Below, in pieces: positions 19,627 through 29,245 of a stretch of DNA of 64,000 bases. Numbering within the stretch: the stretch's first letter is position 1; each line of letters starts with the position of its first letter. The position numbers and the translations under genes were made by a program. The stretch spans positions 4,208 through 68,207 of the forward strand of contig JAFGHD010000002.1 of assembly GCA_016939365.1 (NCBI GenBank). The letters run 5' to 3'. Source of the stretch: Bacteroidales bacterium. GTDB taxonomy: Bacteria > Bacteroidota > Bacteroidia > Bacteroidales > JAFGHD01. The notes below the pieces were generated by a model. It was not told where the DNA came from. It worked only from the letters and a program-made list of their open reading frames with translations, and searched no databases.

Positions 19627-21300
19627 TCATTTATCATGCGTGTGGTTCCCCAGCAAGTCGCGGGCTGCCACAAGTGTGGCCGTTGTCAGCTCCTTGCCTG
19701 AGAGCATCCTGGCAATTTCCGCTGTTCTCTCTTCCCCGGTGAGTTTTCTGATGCCCGACCTGGCTTCGGAGTCAGAAGTTTCCTTGAACACCTGAAAATG
19801 ATGATCTCCCTGAACAGCCAACTGAGGTAAATGGGTAATGACAATGACCTGCATGTTTTTTGCGGTAGATTTGAGAATTCTGCCCATACGGTCAGCGATC
19901 ATTCCTGATACACCGGAATCGATCTCGTCCAGTATCAGAGTGGGCAACATGTTTTGCAGGGAAACCATGGATTTGATGCCAAGCATGACCCTTGAAAGCT
20001 CTCCTCCCGATGCGATTCGCCTGATATTCATGAGCCCGGTGCCCGGATTGGCTGAGAAGAGAAACCTGAGGCTGTCCACACCGTCAGGGCCAGGTTCTTC
20101 GGAAGCCGTGAAGTCAATGGCAAAACGTGCATGGGGCATACCCAATTCCTTCAAAAGATAAACGATCTTCTCCTCGAATGCTTCTTTGATATCAAGTCTT
20201 TTGTTGTGCATCCAACGACTCATTTCTTCAACCGATTTCTTTTTCTTTCCCAATTCCTGCTTCACCTGGGCAATCATCTCCTCCAGTCCGGTGATCTGCT
20301 CCAGCCGCTCCTTCAGGCTGTCAAGCAGTCTCAGCAGCTCTTCCTCACCCTGTACCCTATGTTTTTGCTCAAGCCTGTAGATTATATCCAGCCTTTCACT
20401 GACAAGCCTCATCCTTTCAGGATCATGTTGAATTCCTTCCCCTGCCCTGCTGATATCGCCGACAATATCCTTAAGGTCAACGAAATTGCCGGCAAGCCTC
20501 TCTTCAAGCTGCCTGACGGCCGGATCAAAAGCTGATATCTGTGAAAGCCGCCGGATGGCTTCCACCAGTCCTTCTGTGACAGCATGCTCCGAATCGGAAA
20601 GTATCTGCAGAACCGCGAAAAGCTGTGATTTGATCTCACCGGCATGCGACAGTATAGAAAGCTCCTTCTCCAGTTCCATTTTCTCTCCCGGTTGAAGCCT
20701 GGTGGTTTCCAACTCATTGAGAAGAAATCTGAAGTAATCTTCATCTGAACGGGATTGGCGGTCAAGCTCCAGAAGTTCTTTCATCTTCTGGAACAGCGAA
20801 ACATAGTGTCTGTATTCCTTGCGGTATTTACCGATCTCTTCTGACAATCCAGCGAAACTGTCCAGCACGGCAAGCTGAAAATCCTGATGAAGCAAGGCCT
20901 GTGTCTTATGCTGCGAGTGAACATCGATTAGTCTCTCTCCCAGATACTGAAGGATATGAAGACTGGCGGGTGTATCGTTGATAAAGGCCCTGGATTTCCC
21001 TCCTGGTGCAAGTTCCCGGCGCAGGTATATATGGTCCGGGTCCCAGTCCAGCTCATGATCACTGAAGAATTCTTCCAGATAATTGCCGGGTGTCAGGAAC
21101 CTCGCTTCTACGATGCTTTTCCTGCCCGGATCTCCGATATGGCTGTAATCTGAACGGGCACCAAGTACCAGTGAAAGGGCATCCAGAAGGACCGATTTCC
21201 CCGAGCCCGTCTCGCCAGTAATGACGGTAAGGCCTTCCGAGAATTCAATCTCAAGCTCTTCGATAAGGGCATAATTCCTGATGTTCAGATCCTTCAGCAT
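19627..21300 (-). CDS. recN: DNA repair protein RecN
   Basis: Walker A GETGSGKSVLLDAL, a long coiled-coil middle region, the SMC signature ASGGELSRVML, and Walker B LILDEIDSG. Confidence 0.95.
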   Translation of the reverse strand: MLKDLNIRNYALIEELEIEFSEGLTVITGETGSGKSVLLDALSLVLGARSDYSHIGDPGRKSIVEARFLTPGNYLEEFFSDHELDWDPDHIYLRRELAPGGKSRAFINDTPASLHILQYLGERLIDVHSQHKTQALLHQDFQLAVLDSFAGLSEEIGKYRKEYRHYVSLFQKMKELLELDRQSRSDEDYFRFLLNELETTRLQPGEKMELEKELSILSHAGEIKSQLFAVLQILSDSEHAVTEGLVEAIRRLSQISAFDPAVRQLEERLAGNFVDLKDIVGDISRAGEGIQHDPERMRLVSERLDIIYRLEQKHRVQGEEELLRLLDSLKERLEQITGLEEMIAQVKQELGKKKKSVEEMSRWMHNKRLDIKEAFEEKIVYLLKELGMPHARFAIDFTASEEPGPDGVDSLRFLFSANPGTGLMNIRRIASGGELSRVMLGIKSMVSLQNMLPTLILDEIDSGVSGMIADRMGRILKSTAKNMQVIVITHLPQLAVQGDHHFQVFKETSDSEARSGIRKLTGEERTAEIARMLSGKELTTATLVAARDLLGNHTHDK

Positions 21301-21332
21301 AATTGGCTACCCTCGCTCCAATACAGTACCGA

Positions 21333-22253
21333 TCAGTTTCGGCCGGTGATTGCGGAATATCTGGATGAATTTGCAGGATCAATTTCCTTCAGGATGTTGG
21401 TTGCATTGGTCTTTTCACCAGGTGTTCCCTGCCTGAAAATATTGATCAGCTCATCTCTTTTGGCATCCAAAAAAAGCTGAAATATAAAAAGGCCTGGTCT
21501 CTGGTCATAGGCATTCTTCAGGAGTTTCAGGTTCTCATTGATATGGGCTCTGCCTGCATCCACTTTTTCCGACATCATATCCAATCCTTTCCTGTGATAC
21601 TCATAGCTGAACTTCCTGAGGTCACTGTATGAATTGTTCAGGTGGTTTTCGACCAGCCAATACCTGTTACGCTGACTTTCATATGATTTCCATCCGCTTT
21701 CAGAAGCACTTTGGGCTGCATTGACGATCATCTCTGCTTTTTCAAAGAAGGGTGATCCGGCAAAAGGCGCGAACGAATCGAAATCAAGAGCCAGGATGAT
21801 GTACAGGTAATATGCCACTACGGATGTCAGATTGGATGTATGTGTGTTTTCGATGAATTCGAGTGGCTGGTGTTCCACATACTCAAAATCAAAATCCTTA
21901 TCCTGGTAATTGAACAGTGTGGATGTATAGGATGTGTTAAAGACAGGACGTGATGCCACGATATTGATTGTAGCCCTGAAAACGTCGGTGGATATCCTCT
22001 CAGTGATATTGATGATAATCGAGCACTGTATCCGTTCCTCCACCCTGAAGGAGTAGTCTGTCCACCTTCGGTCATTGATGAATCTCAGGAGTTCATCCTG
22101 CAGGGTATAAAAGACATTCTTGTCTGTTCCCTGCACCTGTAAGGAACTTACCGTGACATTGCAATTGAATTCCTGTGCCCGGATGGTGGTCAAGCCCGTA
22201 AGAAACAGGAACAGGATCAGGCGGATCGGTAAAAACCGGTTTTTATTCTTCAA
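21333..22253 (-). CDS. DUF4835 family protein (some databases label this family T9SS PorD)
   Basis: Signal peptide (LILFLFLTGLTTIRAQ). The position between coaBC and recN is the conserved Bacteroidota location of DUF4835. The family call rests on synteny and remembered sequence character, not on a motif. Confidence 0.7.
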   Translation of the reverse strand: MKNKNRFLPIRLILFLFLTGLTTIRAQEFNCNVTVSSLQVQGTDKNVFYTLQDELLRFINDRRWTDYSFRVEERIQCSIIINITERISTDVFRATINIVASRPVFNTSYTSTLFNYQDKDFDFEYVEHQPLEFIENTHTSNLTSVVAYYLYIILALDFDSFAPFAGSPFFEKAEMIVNAAQSASESGWKSYESQRNRYWLVENHLNNSYSDLRKFSYEYHRKGLDMMSEKVDAGRAHINENLKLLKNAYDQRPGLFIFQLFLDAKRDELINIFRQGTPGEKTNATNILKEIDPANSSRYSAITGRN

Positions 22254-23460
22254 GGTTGCGGGTATGAATCCAATTACCGATAAAATTAACGATATCCTCC
22301 GATATCTGTTTTTTTGTTTTCAGAGGAATTTCAATTTCGTCACCCTTTCTGCTGATCAGGGTGACCCTGTTGGTATCATGACCGAAACCGGCACCCTGAT
22401 CGCGCAGTGAATTCAGAACGATCATATCCAGTTTCTTCGCCTTCAGCTTTTTTCTGGCATTAAGAAGTTCATTAGTAGTTTCAAGCGCAAATCCTACGAG
22501 AACCTGGCCTCTTTTCGCCGTTTCACCCATCCATGAGAGGATATCGTCGTTTTTAACGAGCCGGATTTCCAGAATTTTTTCAGTTTTTTTTATTTTTTCC
22601 GGTGAAAAGGACTCCGGTCTGTAGTCAGATACGGCAGCAGCCATGACAATAACATCCGCTCCGGCAAAATGGTCTGAACAGGCGTTTTTCATTTCTGCAG
22701 CTGAATTTACGCGGATCAGCCTGATGTTCGGGTGTGATATTTCCAGTGAAACCGGGCCGCTGACCAGTATGACATCCGCTCCCCGGTCTGCAAAGGATTC
22801 AGCCAGGGCATACCCCATTTTACCGGTGGAATGATTGGTGATGTACCTGACCGGGTCAATCGGTTCATGCGTGGGTCCGGCCGATATCAGGACTTTTGTT
22901 TTCCGGAATGAGTTTTTTTTTTCGAAATGATCATTCAGTATCCGGACAATTTCTTCGGGTTCCCGCATTCTCCCCGCTCCGTGCAGACCGCTTGCCAGTT
23001 CACCTTCCACGGGATCAATGATCCGGGCTCCATACTGACGCAAAGTAGTCAGGTTGGATTGAGTGGAAGGGTGCAAATACATATCTGCATCCATGGCAGG
23101 AACTAGAAAAACAGGGCACCTTGCCGCCAGGTAAACGGCAAGCATAAGATTGTCTGCAAGACCAGCCGCTATTTTCCCGATGGTATTTGCTGAAGCGGGA
23201 GCGATCATCATGACATCTGCCCATGCCGCCAGTTCAATATGACTGTTCCAGAGACCGTCATCCGTTTTGAAGAAACCGATCAGAACCGGCTTCCCGGATA
23301 ACGTGGATAATGTCAGCGGAGTTACGAAATCCAGTGCAGCAGGTGTCATAATAACCTGTACCTCCGCTTCCTGCTTTCTCAACAGACGGATCAGGTGGGG
23401 AATTTTGAATGCGGCAATACTGCCTGTAATTCCGATGATAATTTTCTTCCCTTGCAACAT
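22243..23460 (-). CDS. coaBC: bifunctional phosphopantothenoylcysteine decarboxylase / phosphopantothenate-cysteine ligase
   Basis: N-terminal flavoprotein block (IIGITGSIAAFK) and C-terminal CoaB block (ISAGPTHEPIDPVRYITNHSTGKMG). It overlaps the next gene by 11 nt, and its ATG shares 1 nt with the rpoZ stop (TGATG). Confidence 0.95.
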   Translation of the reverse strand: MLQGKKIIIGITGSIAAFKIPHLIRLLRKQEAEVQVIMTPAALDFVTPLTLSTLSGKPVLIGFFKTDDGLWNSHIELAAWADVMMIAPASANTIGKIAAGLADNLMLAVYLAARCPVFLVPAMDADMYLHPSTQSNLTTLRQYGARIIDPVEGELASGLHGAGRMREPEEIVRILNDHFEKKNSFRKTKVLISAGPTHEPIDPVRYITNHSTGKMGYALAESFADRGADVILVSGPVSLEISHPNIRLIRVNSAAEMKNACSDHFAGADVIVMAAAVSDYRPESFSPEKIKKTEKILEIRLVKNDDILSWMGETAKRGQVLVGFALETTNELLNARKKLKAKKLDMIVLNSLRDQGAGFGHDTNRVTLISRKGDEIEIPLKTKKQISEDIVNFIGNWIHTRNLEE

Positions 23461-23813
23461 CAGGATTCAACGGCAGTTTCCTGCTCCTTGACAGCAGTTT
23501 TAATTGGGTTACGGTGGTATACCCTGCCCCGGAGGAATTCATGAACGGCGAGCAGCGTCGGCTTAGGCAAGCGTTCGTAAAATTTGGCTATTTCGATCTG
23601 TTCCCTGTTCTCGAACACTTCCTCCAGATTATCCTGGGTCGTGGCAAATTCCTGGATCTTCTGGCTCAACTCCTCCTTGATTTCGTGCGATATCTGATTC
23701 GCTCTCTTGGCCAGAACAACCAAAGTTTCATAGATATTGCCTGTAGGCATATCGAAATCCCTGATGCGGCGGGTTACCGCCTCCGTGTCTGTTTTGATCT
23801 TCTTGAAATCCAT
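23460..23813 (-). CDS. rpoZ: DNA-directed RNA polymerase subunit omega (Bacteroidota type)
   Basis: 117 aa. The core NIYETLVVLAKRANQI resembles omega subunits. The position between bamD and coaBC is conserved. Confidence 0.7.
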   Translation of the reverse strand: MDFKKIKTDTEAVTRRIRDFDMPTGNIYETLVVLAKRANQISHEIKEELSQKIQEFATTQDNLEEVFENREQIEIAKFYERLPKPTLLAVHEFLRGRVYHRNPIKTAVKEQETAVES

Positions 23814-23822
23814 ATTTTGCGA

Positions 23823-24641
23823 TTAATTGTCTGCTAAAAATCTTTGCGATTCATCTGCCATACTCTTTATCTCCCTGATATAACGGCTGTCCGGATACAA
23901 TTCCATGAAATCCTGACTGGCCCTCAGGGCTTGCTGATAGCGCTCCTTTTTCTTGATCCAGACGCTGTTTTCGGCATACTCAAAATAAGCCTTGCCAATG
24001 CTGTAGAGTGCCTGTTCTTTGTATTGCGTGTCCGGAAAATTCTTCAGAAGGTTCCGGAAGGATGTTACAGCGGCTTCATGTTTTTCCATTTTCAGGTACA
24101 ACCGGGAAATCTCGTAGTCCTTTCGCTCCAGTTTTGCCCTGAGTTCATCAATAAGCCTGTTGCATTCTGCCGCCCGATCGCTGGCCGGGAATACATTCAG
24201 GAAAAGCTGCAATTCGTTGATAGCTTCCCGGGTCGTGGTCTGGTCCAGGCTGTAATTGGGCGATTCAAGAAATTTGCAGTAAGCACTCATGAAATAACAC
24301 TCCTCCACCTGGCTGCTTCGTGGGAAGGTTTTATAGAATTTCTGAAAATAATAGCTTGCAAGTACATAATCCCTCTGGTGAAAATATGCATAGGCGTAAT
24401 TATAATATATGATCTCCGCCTTTTCGGTACCGCGGTAAACAGGGATCAGTTGTTCATAAAGATTCATGGCCCTGTAATAATCCTCCTGCTCGAAATACTG
24501 GTTGGCTTTTTCATACTTCAGATCACTGTCTGGGCTTTTCAGCAGCTTCTGATACTTGCTGCAGGAGGCTAAGGTGACTGAAAATATGATTATTATCGAA
24601 CAGATGAACGGCCGGCCAAACATGGGTGCAAAATTACACAT
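23823..24641 (-). CDS. bamD: outer membrane protein assembly factor BamD
   Basis: Lipoprotein signal with lipobox (...FSVTLASC; the true start may be the ATG at 24623). YfiO/BamD-like TPR pattern (KANQYFEQEDYYRAMNLYEQLIPVYRG..., YYFQKFYKTFPRS). Confidence 0.85.
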   Translation of the reverse strand: MCNFAPMFGRPFICSIIIIFSVTLASCSKYQKLLKSPDSDLKYEKANQYFEQEDYYRAMNLYEQLIPVYRGTEKAEIIYYNYAYAYFHQRDYVLASYYFQKFYKTFPRSSQVEECYFMSAYCKFLESPNYSLDQTTTREAINELQLFLNVFPASDRAAECNRLIDELRAKLERKDYEISRLYLKMEKHEAAVTSFRNLLKNFPDTQYKEQALYSIGKAYFEYAENSVWIKKKERYQQALRASQDFMELYPDSRYIREIKSMADESQRFLADN

Positions 24642-24699
24642 TTAATCGTTACAAAAAACGGAATATGCGCGTGATTATTTTAATACATGTATCCTCCGC

Positions 24700-26655
24700 T
24701 CAGCCTTTCTTCTGTTGCAATTGGGATATCTGTTGAAGATATTGTTTCCCCAAACGATGATCCGGTTCGATCTGGAGGAGACGCAACCAGCACAATCTGG
24801 ATTTTTTCAGTTCCCCCTGCCTGAAGTACATCATGCCCAGATTCTGAAGGACATTGTAATACCTTAATCCGTCCCTGTTCATGAACTCCAGGTATAAGGG
24901 CTCTGCGTCAGTATACCTGGCAGTGAGATCCGCAAACATCGCAGGTTTCAGGTACCGGGGATACAGGTATGAAGATTTGCGGTACATGCCTTTCATCCAT
25001 TGATTCATCCATGGAACACGATCCATTGCAAGAATGCTTTTCACTGCTTCATCGGTATAATCCGAAGTATCTATCCCCACACTTCTGATAAAGTCTGCGA
25101 TTTGATAATCCGGCAAATCATCACGGTAACCCTTTCTGAGGTATATCGCTGTCTTTTCATCCAGGTACACGAGCCTCCATTCCCGCATCAGGTTTATCTG
25201 CATGATCCAACTGATATTGGATTCATAATCAAACAGTAATATCTGGGGTTGATATTGTCGGAGTATTGCCTGCAAGCCTCCCTCCTGCTGACTTGTAAGG
25301 TATTCGGTGTAAAAATCCTCCTGAACCACCTCCAGCCGTCCGTCAATAAAGGTTTTTTGAGGGATGCTCCAGGCAAGCCACCCTCCGATATTGAGGTCGT
25401 TTATGATCTTACCGTCCAGGTGATGTCTGAGCATGAACATCGAGGCTTTGACAGGCTGTTCCAGTGAATCCAGACCGGTACCCGTTTTAAAGTCCTGCCT
25501 TTTCTCCGTGTAAAAAGCATTGGTCAGTAGCCTGACCATCACGACGATCATAATGACAGCAGTGATACCTCCCACAAATTCTTTCAGGCGCATGCCCCTG
25601 ATTTTCTTCAAAGGATGCCGGTGCCCGGGGATCAGGTCTGATCCGGCGGATGCAATGAAAAGGATGGAGACTATTACAAAAAGCGGAATGTTGCGGATGG
25701 CCGTAAAAGCAAGATAAATAAAGACGGACAGGATCAGGAATTCATGAATTCGTCTTTTTCTGAAGGTTGCAATGAATAAACCCACAGCAATGGCTGCCAG
25801 CAGATAAAACAGAATAAAATCAGACGTGAAGTGCTCTTGGGTTTCCAGAACGGATTTGAACTCAATGATATTATTGAAAACATTGTTGCTGTCAAATCGG
25901 GTAAAGAGATAGAAAGGGAAATAGACTCCCCGGTGGAAATAAGGATTCAGAAATGACACAAGAATCACAAGGAACCCATACAGGAGCAATTTCCGGTCGG
26001 CTTTTCCCGACCTGACCCAATCACCCAGGAAATAAGCGCCGGTTACAAACCATCCAAGGATAAACAACCCCTGGCTGTTCACCCAAAGAATCATAATGAG
26101 GGGAAGGAGAAATAACGGGCCCTTGTGTTGCCGGTAATATGGATCGAGTATCAGGAGAAAACAGGTCAGGAAGATGTAGGTGAAAAGTTCAGGCCGCATC
26201 AGCAGCCTGCTTTGGATACATATAATCCCGGCGAGGAGCAGGGTTACCATGAGCAGCATGGAAGCCCTCAATTGTTTGCCTCTGATCCAAAGCAGTAAAA
26301 ACAATAAGAGAACGAGAACTGACTTGTATATGGTGATTCCAGAATAACCTCCCGCAAGATATATAAGGTAGAGGATAATCTGGAACATCCAGTGAAGATC
26401 GATATAATCATTCTGGGTGACTGTATAGGTATAGGTGTCCTTGTCCGGGAAATGCCCTTCCTGTATGATGAACTGCCCTCCTCTCAGATGAAATCCCAGG
26501 TCGGCATCCGACAATTTTCTCAGCCCGAAAAGGAAAACCACAATCAACAGGAATAGCTGCAATACTGTCCACATCCATGAGTGTATGGCTTTGGGAGCTG
26601 ATATCTCAGCAGGATGATACCGGTGCGACGGTTTGTTCCTGGAACTTTCCGGCAT
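24700..26655 (-). CDS. large polytopic membrane protein with C-terminal TPR segment (possible GT-C-type glycosyltransferase; function unknown)
   Basis: About 11 hydrophobic helices followed by a soluble C-terminal region ending in TPR-like repeats (NLGMMYFRQGELKKSRLCWLRLLQIEPDH). The ORF track start at 26757 is a TTG that overlaps the divergent HD gene. I use the first ATG (26655); the ATG at 26574 is also possible. Confidence 0.6.
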   Translation of the reverse strand: MPESSRNKPSHRYHPAEISAPKAIHSWMWTVLQLFLLIVVFLFGLRKLSDADLGFHLRGGQFIIQEGHFPDKDTYTYTVTQNDYIDLHWMFQIILYLIYLAGGYSGITIYKSVLVLLLFLLLWIRGKQLRASMLLMVTLLLAGIICIQSRLLMRPELFTYIFLTCFLLILDPYYRQHKGPLFLLPLIMILWVNSQGLFILGWFVTGAYFLGDWVRSGKADRKLLLYGFLVILVSFLNPYFHRGVYFPFYLFTRFDSNNVFNNIIEFKSVLETQEHFTSDFILFYLLAAIAVGLFIATFRKRRIHEFLILSVFIYLAFTAIRNIPLFVIVSILFIASAGSDLIPGHRHPLKKIRGMRLKEFVGGITAVIMIVVMVRLLTNAFYTEKRQDFKTGTGLDSLEQPVKASMFMLRHHLDGKIINDLNIGGWLAWSIPQKTFIDGRLEVVQEDFYTEYLTSQQEGGLQAILRQYQPQILLFDYESNISWIMQINLMREWRLVYLDEKTAIYLRKGYRDDLPDYQIADFIRSVGIDTSDYTDEAVKSILAMDRVPWMNQWMKGMYRKSSYLYPRYLKPAMFADLTARYTDAEPLYLEFMNRDGLRYYNVLQNLGMMYFRQGELKKSRLCWLRLLQIEPDHRLGKQYLQQISQLQQKKG

Positions 26656-26817
26656 GACTGTCGGATTGTGGATAATTGCTAATTTTGTTTGCGGCAAATC
26701 CCTTTGTGGGATTGGCGAGGAAAATCCGGTTTGTCGATCAGCAGTTCCTTCTGCCAAAATAAATCATTTTTTCTCAGAAGGGAGAATCAGGCACAATATC
26801 GTTTTTTCAAGAGCATC

Positions 26818-28056
26818 TTGGCGGAAAGAAGGAAACATAAGATCCTCAATGACCCCGTTTATGGCTTCATCAATCTGCCGGAAGGCCTGATCGTAAATTT
26901 AATTGACCACCCCTATTTTCAGAGACTGAGGCGTATCAAGCAACTGGGGCTTACGCACCTGGTGTATCCCGGTGCATTGCATACACGGTTTCATCATTCT
27001 ATTGGCGCCATGCACCTCATGACCCAAGCCATCGGTACCCTCAGATACAGGGGGCATGAGATCACACCGGATGAGGAGACGGCTGCGCAGGTTGCCATAT
27101 TGCTTCATGATGTGGGACATGGGCCGTTTTCTCATGCTTTGGAGCATTCATTGGTTAAAGGGACTTCTCATGAACAACTCTCCCTGCTATTCATGAAGCG
27201 TCTGGATCAGCAAATGGGTGGCGCATTGGAAACAGGTATCCGGATATTCACCGGCACTTACCCCAAGAGGTTCCTGTCCCAGCTGGTTTCCAGCCAGCTG
27301 GATATGGACCGGCTGGATTATCTTACCCGTGACAGTTTTTTTACCGGGGTTTCAGAAGGAATCATCGGAACAGAAAGAATCATCAAGATGCTGGATGTTT
27401 TCGGTGATGACATTGTGGCTGAAGCGAAAGGTATCTATTCCATTGAAAAATTCCTCATCGCCCGGAGGCTGATGTATTGGCAGGTATATCTTCACAAAAC
27501 GGTTGTGGCAGCCGAGCAGATACTGATAAGGATTCTCAGGCGTGCAGCATATCTGCGCCGTATTGGAGATCCGCTTTTTGCCACACCTTACCTTGACCGT
27601 TTTTTAGCGGACAATTGCTCGCTGGATGATTTCTCAACCCATCCCGATCTTCTGGATGCATTTGGAGTTATAGATGATTTTGACATTCTCACCGGGATCA
27701 AGGTCTGGACCCTGCATCCTGACAGGATTCTTTCAACATTGAGCAGATTGCTTGTGGAAAGAAGGCTGTTCCGGTGTTTGATGCAAAAGGATCCTTTTGA
27801 TTATTTCTTTGTTGAGCGGATCAGGAAGGAGGTTTCAGCACAATTCCGGCTGGCTGAAGATGAGATCGACTATTTCATCCATGCTGGACAGACTTCCAAT
27901 GAAGCCTATGATATGGAAACGGATCAGATCAAAATCCTGCATAAAGACGGACGGATCGAACGCATATCGGAAGCATCCGGACAGCTGGACATTTCAATGC
28001 TCTCCAAACCAGTCATTAAACACTTCCTGTGTTTTCCGAAAAACATTGCACCCTGA
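26818..28056 (+). CDS. HD domain-containing phosphohydrolase (dGTPase/SAMHD1-like superfamily)
   Basis: Family-typical N-terminus KILNDPVYGFI... and the HD block RFHHSIGAMHLM...LLHDVGHGPFSH...DMDRLDYLTRD. The track ORF starts at 26689 with no internal ATG before the conserved core. The in-frame TTG at 26818 (MAERRKHKILNDP) gives a family-typical length and removes the overlap with the divergent gene. Confidence 0.8.
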   Translation: MAERRKHKILNDPVYGFINLPEGLIVNLIDHPYFQRLRRIKQLGLTHLVYPGALHTRFHHSIGAMHLMTQAIGTLRYRGHEITPDEETAAQVAILLHDVGHGPFSHALEHSLVKGTSHEQLSLLFMKRLDQQMGGALETGIRIFTGTYPKRFLSQLVSSQLDMDRLDYLTRDSFFTGVSEGIIGTERIIKMLDVFGDDIVAEAKGIYSIEKFLIARRLMYWQVYLHKTVVAAEQILIRILRRAAYLRRIGDPLFATPYLDRFLADNCSLDDFSTHPDLLDAFGVIDDFDILTGIKVWTLHPDRILSTLSRLLVERRLFRCLMQKDPFDYFFVERIRKEVSAQFRLAEDEIDYFIHAGQTSNEAYDMETDQIKILHKDGRIERISEASGQLDISMLSKPVIKHFLCFPKNIAP

Positions 28057-28134
28057 GCGGGATACGATCATGTTAAAATTCTGGTTTTTATCTATTTTCG
28101 CATCTGCAAAACCACATCAAGCAGGCAATAAGAA

Positions 28135-29175
28135 ATGAATTTTACAGCACAAGAAATCGCAAATATTACCCATGGAGAGGTAGATGGTGACCCGAACGTT
28201 TCGGTGGATAATCTGTCCAGAATTGAGGAGGGTATACCCGGGACACTTTCTTTCCTGGCCAATCCGAAGTACACCCAATATATTTATACAACAAAAGCTT
28301 CTATTGTCCTGGTTAACAAAGACTTCAGGCCTGACCATGAAATCAGGGCAACATTGGTCCGGGTGGAGGATGCGTATGTGGCCTTTGCCACCCTGCTGGA
28401 GTATTATAACAAAATCAGCAAGGCCCGGAGCGGAATATCTTCACTTGCCTTTATCTCTGAGACTGCCATCATTGGAAAGAATGTATATATCGGGGAATGG
28501 GCTTACATCGGAAAGGATGTAAGAATCGGTGACAACACACTTGTTTACCCTCAGGTGTATATCGGAGACCACACGGTCGTCGGCGGTGATACCATTCTAT
28601 ATCCGGGAGTCAGGATTTATTCTGAAAACCGGATCGGAAACCGGTGTACCCTTCACTCAGGTGCTGTGATCGGCAGTGACGGTTTTGGATTTGCGCCTCA
28701 ATCAGACCAGCATTATGTCAAGGTGGCTCAGATCGGCAATGTGATCATCGAGGACGATGTGGAGATCGGAGCCAATACGACGATTGACCGTGCCACATTG
28801 GGTTCCACCATCATACGGCGGGGCGCAAAACTGGACAACCTTATTCAGGTGGCCCATAATGTTGAAATCGGCGAGAACACTGTTATCGCAGCACAAACCG
28901 GCATTTCCGGTTCATCAAAACTTGGCCGGAATTGTATGATCGGAGGCCAGGTCGGCATCATCGGACACCTGAGCATTGCAGATGATGTCAAGATTGCTGC
29001 GCAATCGGGTATCGGTGGAACGATCCGCACAAAAGCCTCTGTGGTTCAGGGATCACCCGCTTTTGACGTGGCACGGTACCGGAGATCCTACATCCATTTC
29101 AAAAATCTGCCTGACTTGTTCCGCCGCCTGGAACAGCTGGAAAACAAGCTGCAGGAGCTTGAAAGAAGAAGTTGA
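28135..29175 (+). CDS. lpxD: UDP-3-O-(3-hydroxyacyl)glucosamine N-acyltransferase LpxD
   Basis: LpxD-type N-terminal domain ([22 protein letters not shown]), a long left-handed beta-helix of hexapeptide repeats, and a C-terminal helical tail. Confidence 0.93.
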   Translation: MNFTAQEIANITHGEVDGDPNVSVDNLSRIEEGIPGTLSFLANPKYTQYIYTTKASIVLVNKDFRPDHEIRATLVRVEDAYVAFATLLEYYNKISKARSGISSLAFISETAIIGKNVYIGEWAYIGKDVRIGDNTLVYPQVYIGDHTVVGGDTILYPGVRIYSENRIGNRCTLHSGAVIGSDGFGFAPQSDQHYVKVAQIGNVIIEDDVEIGANTTIDRATLGSTIIRRGAKLDNLIQVAHNVEIGENTVIAAQTGISGSSKLGRNCMIGGQVGIIGHLSIADDVKIAAQSGIGGTIRTKASVVQGSPAFDVARYRRSYIHFKNLPDLFRRLEQLENKLQELERRS

Positions 29176-29245
29176 TACCTCTTGGCTTCAGTGATATTTT
29201 CATTGGGTCATTAAAACCAAATATCTGTATCTTAGTGCCCTGTTT

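Noticed and set aside
22913-22922. T10 homopolymer (A10 on the coding strand) inside coaBC
   Set aside because: It encodes an in-frame Lys-rich stretch (FEKKNSF) in an intact essential gene. There is no evidence of a frameshift here, and it is noted only as an error-prone site for sequencing. Similar runs are the A9 at 33010-33018 in the lpxD paralog and the A8 at 4964-4971.
23844-24572. 242-aa plus-strand ORF lying entirely inside bamD on the opposite strand
   Set aside because: The bamD frame has a lipoprotein signal and family motifs, whereas the antisense translation is low-complexity (L/F/I/Q-rich) with no recognisable features. It is a typical shadow ORF opposite a real gene.
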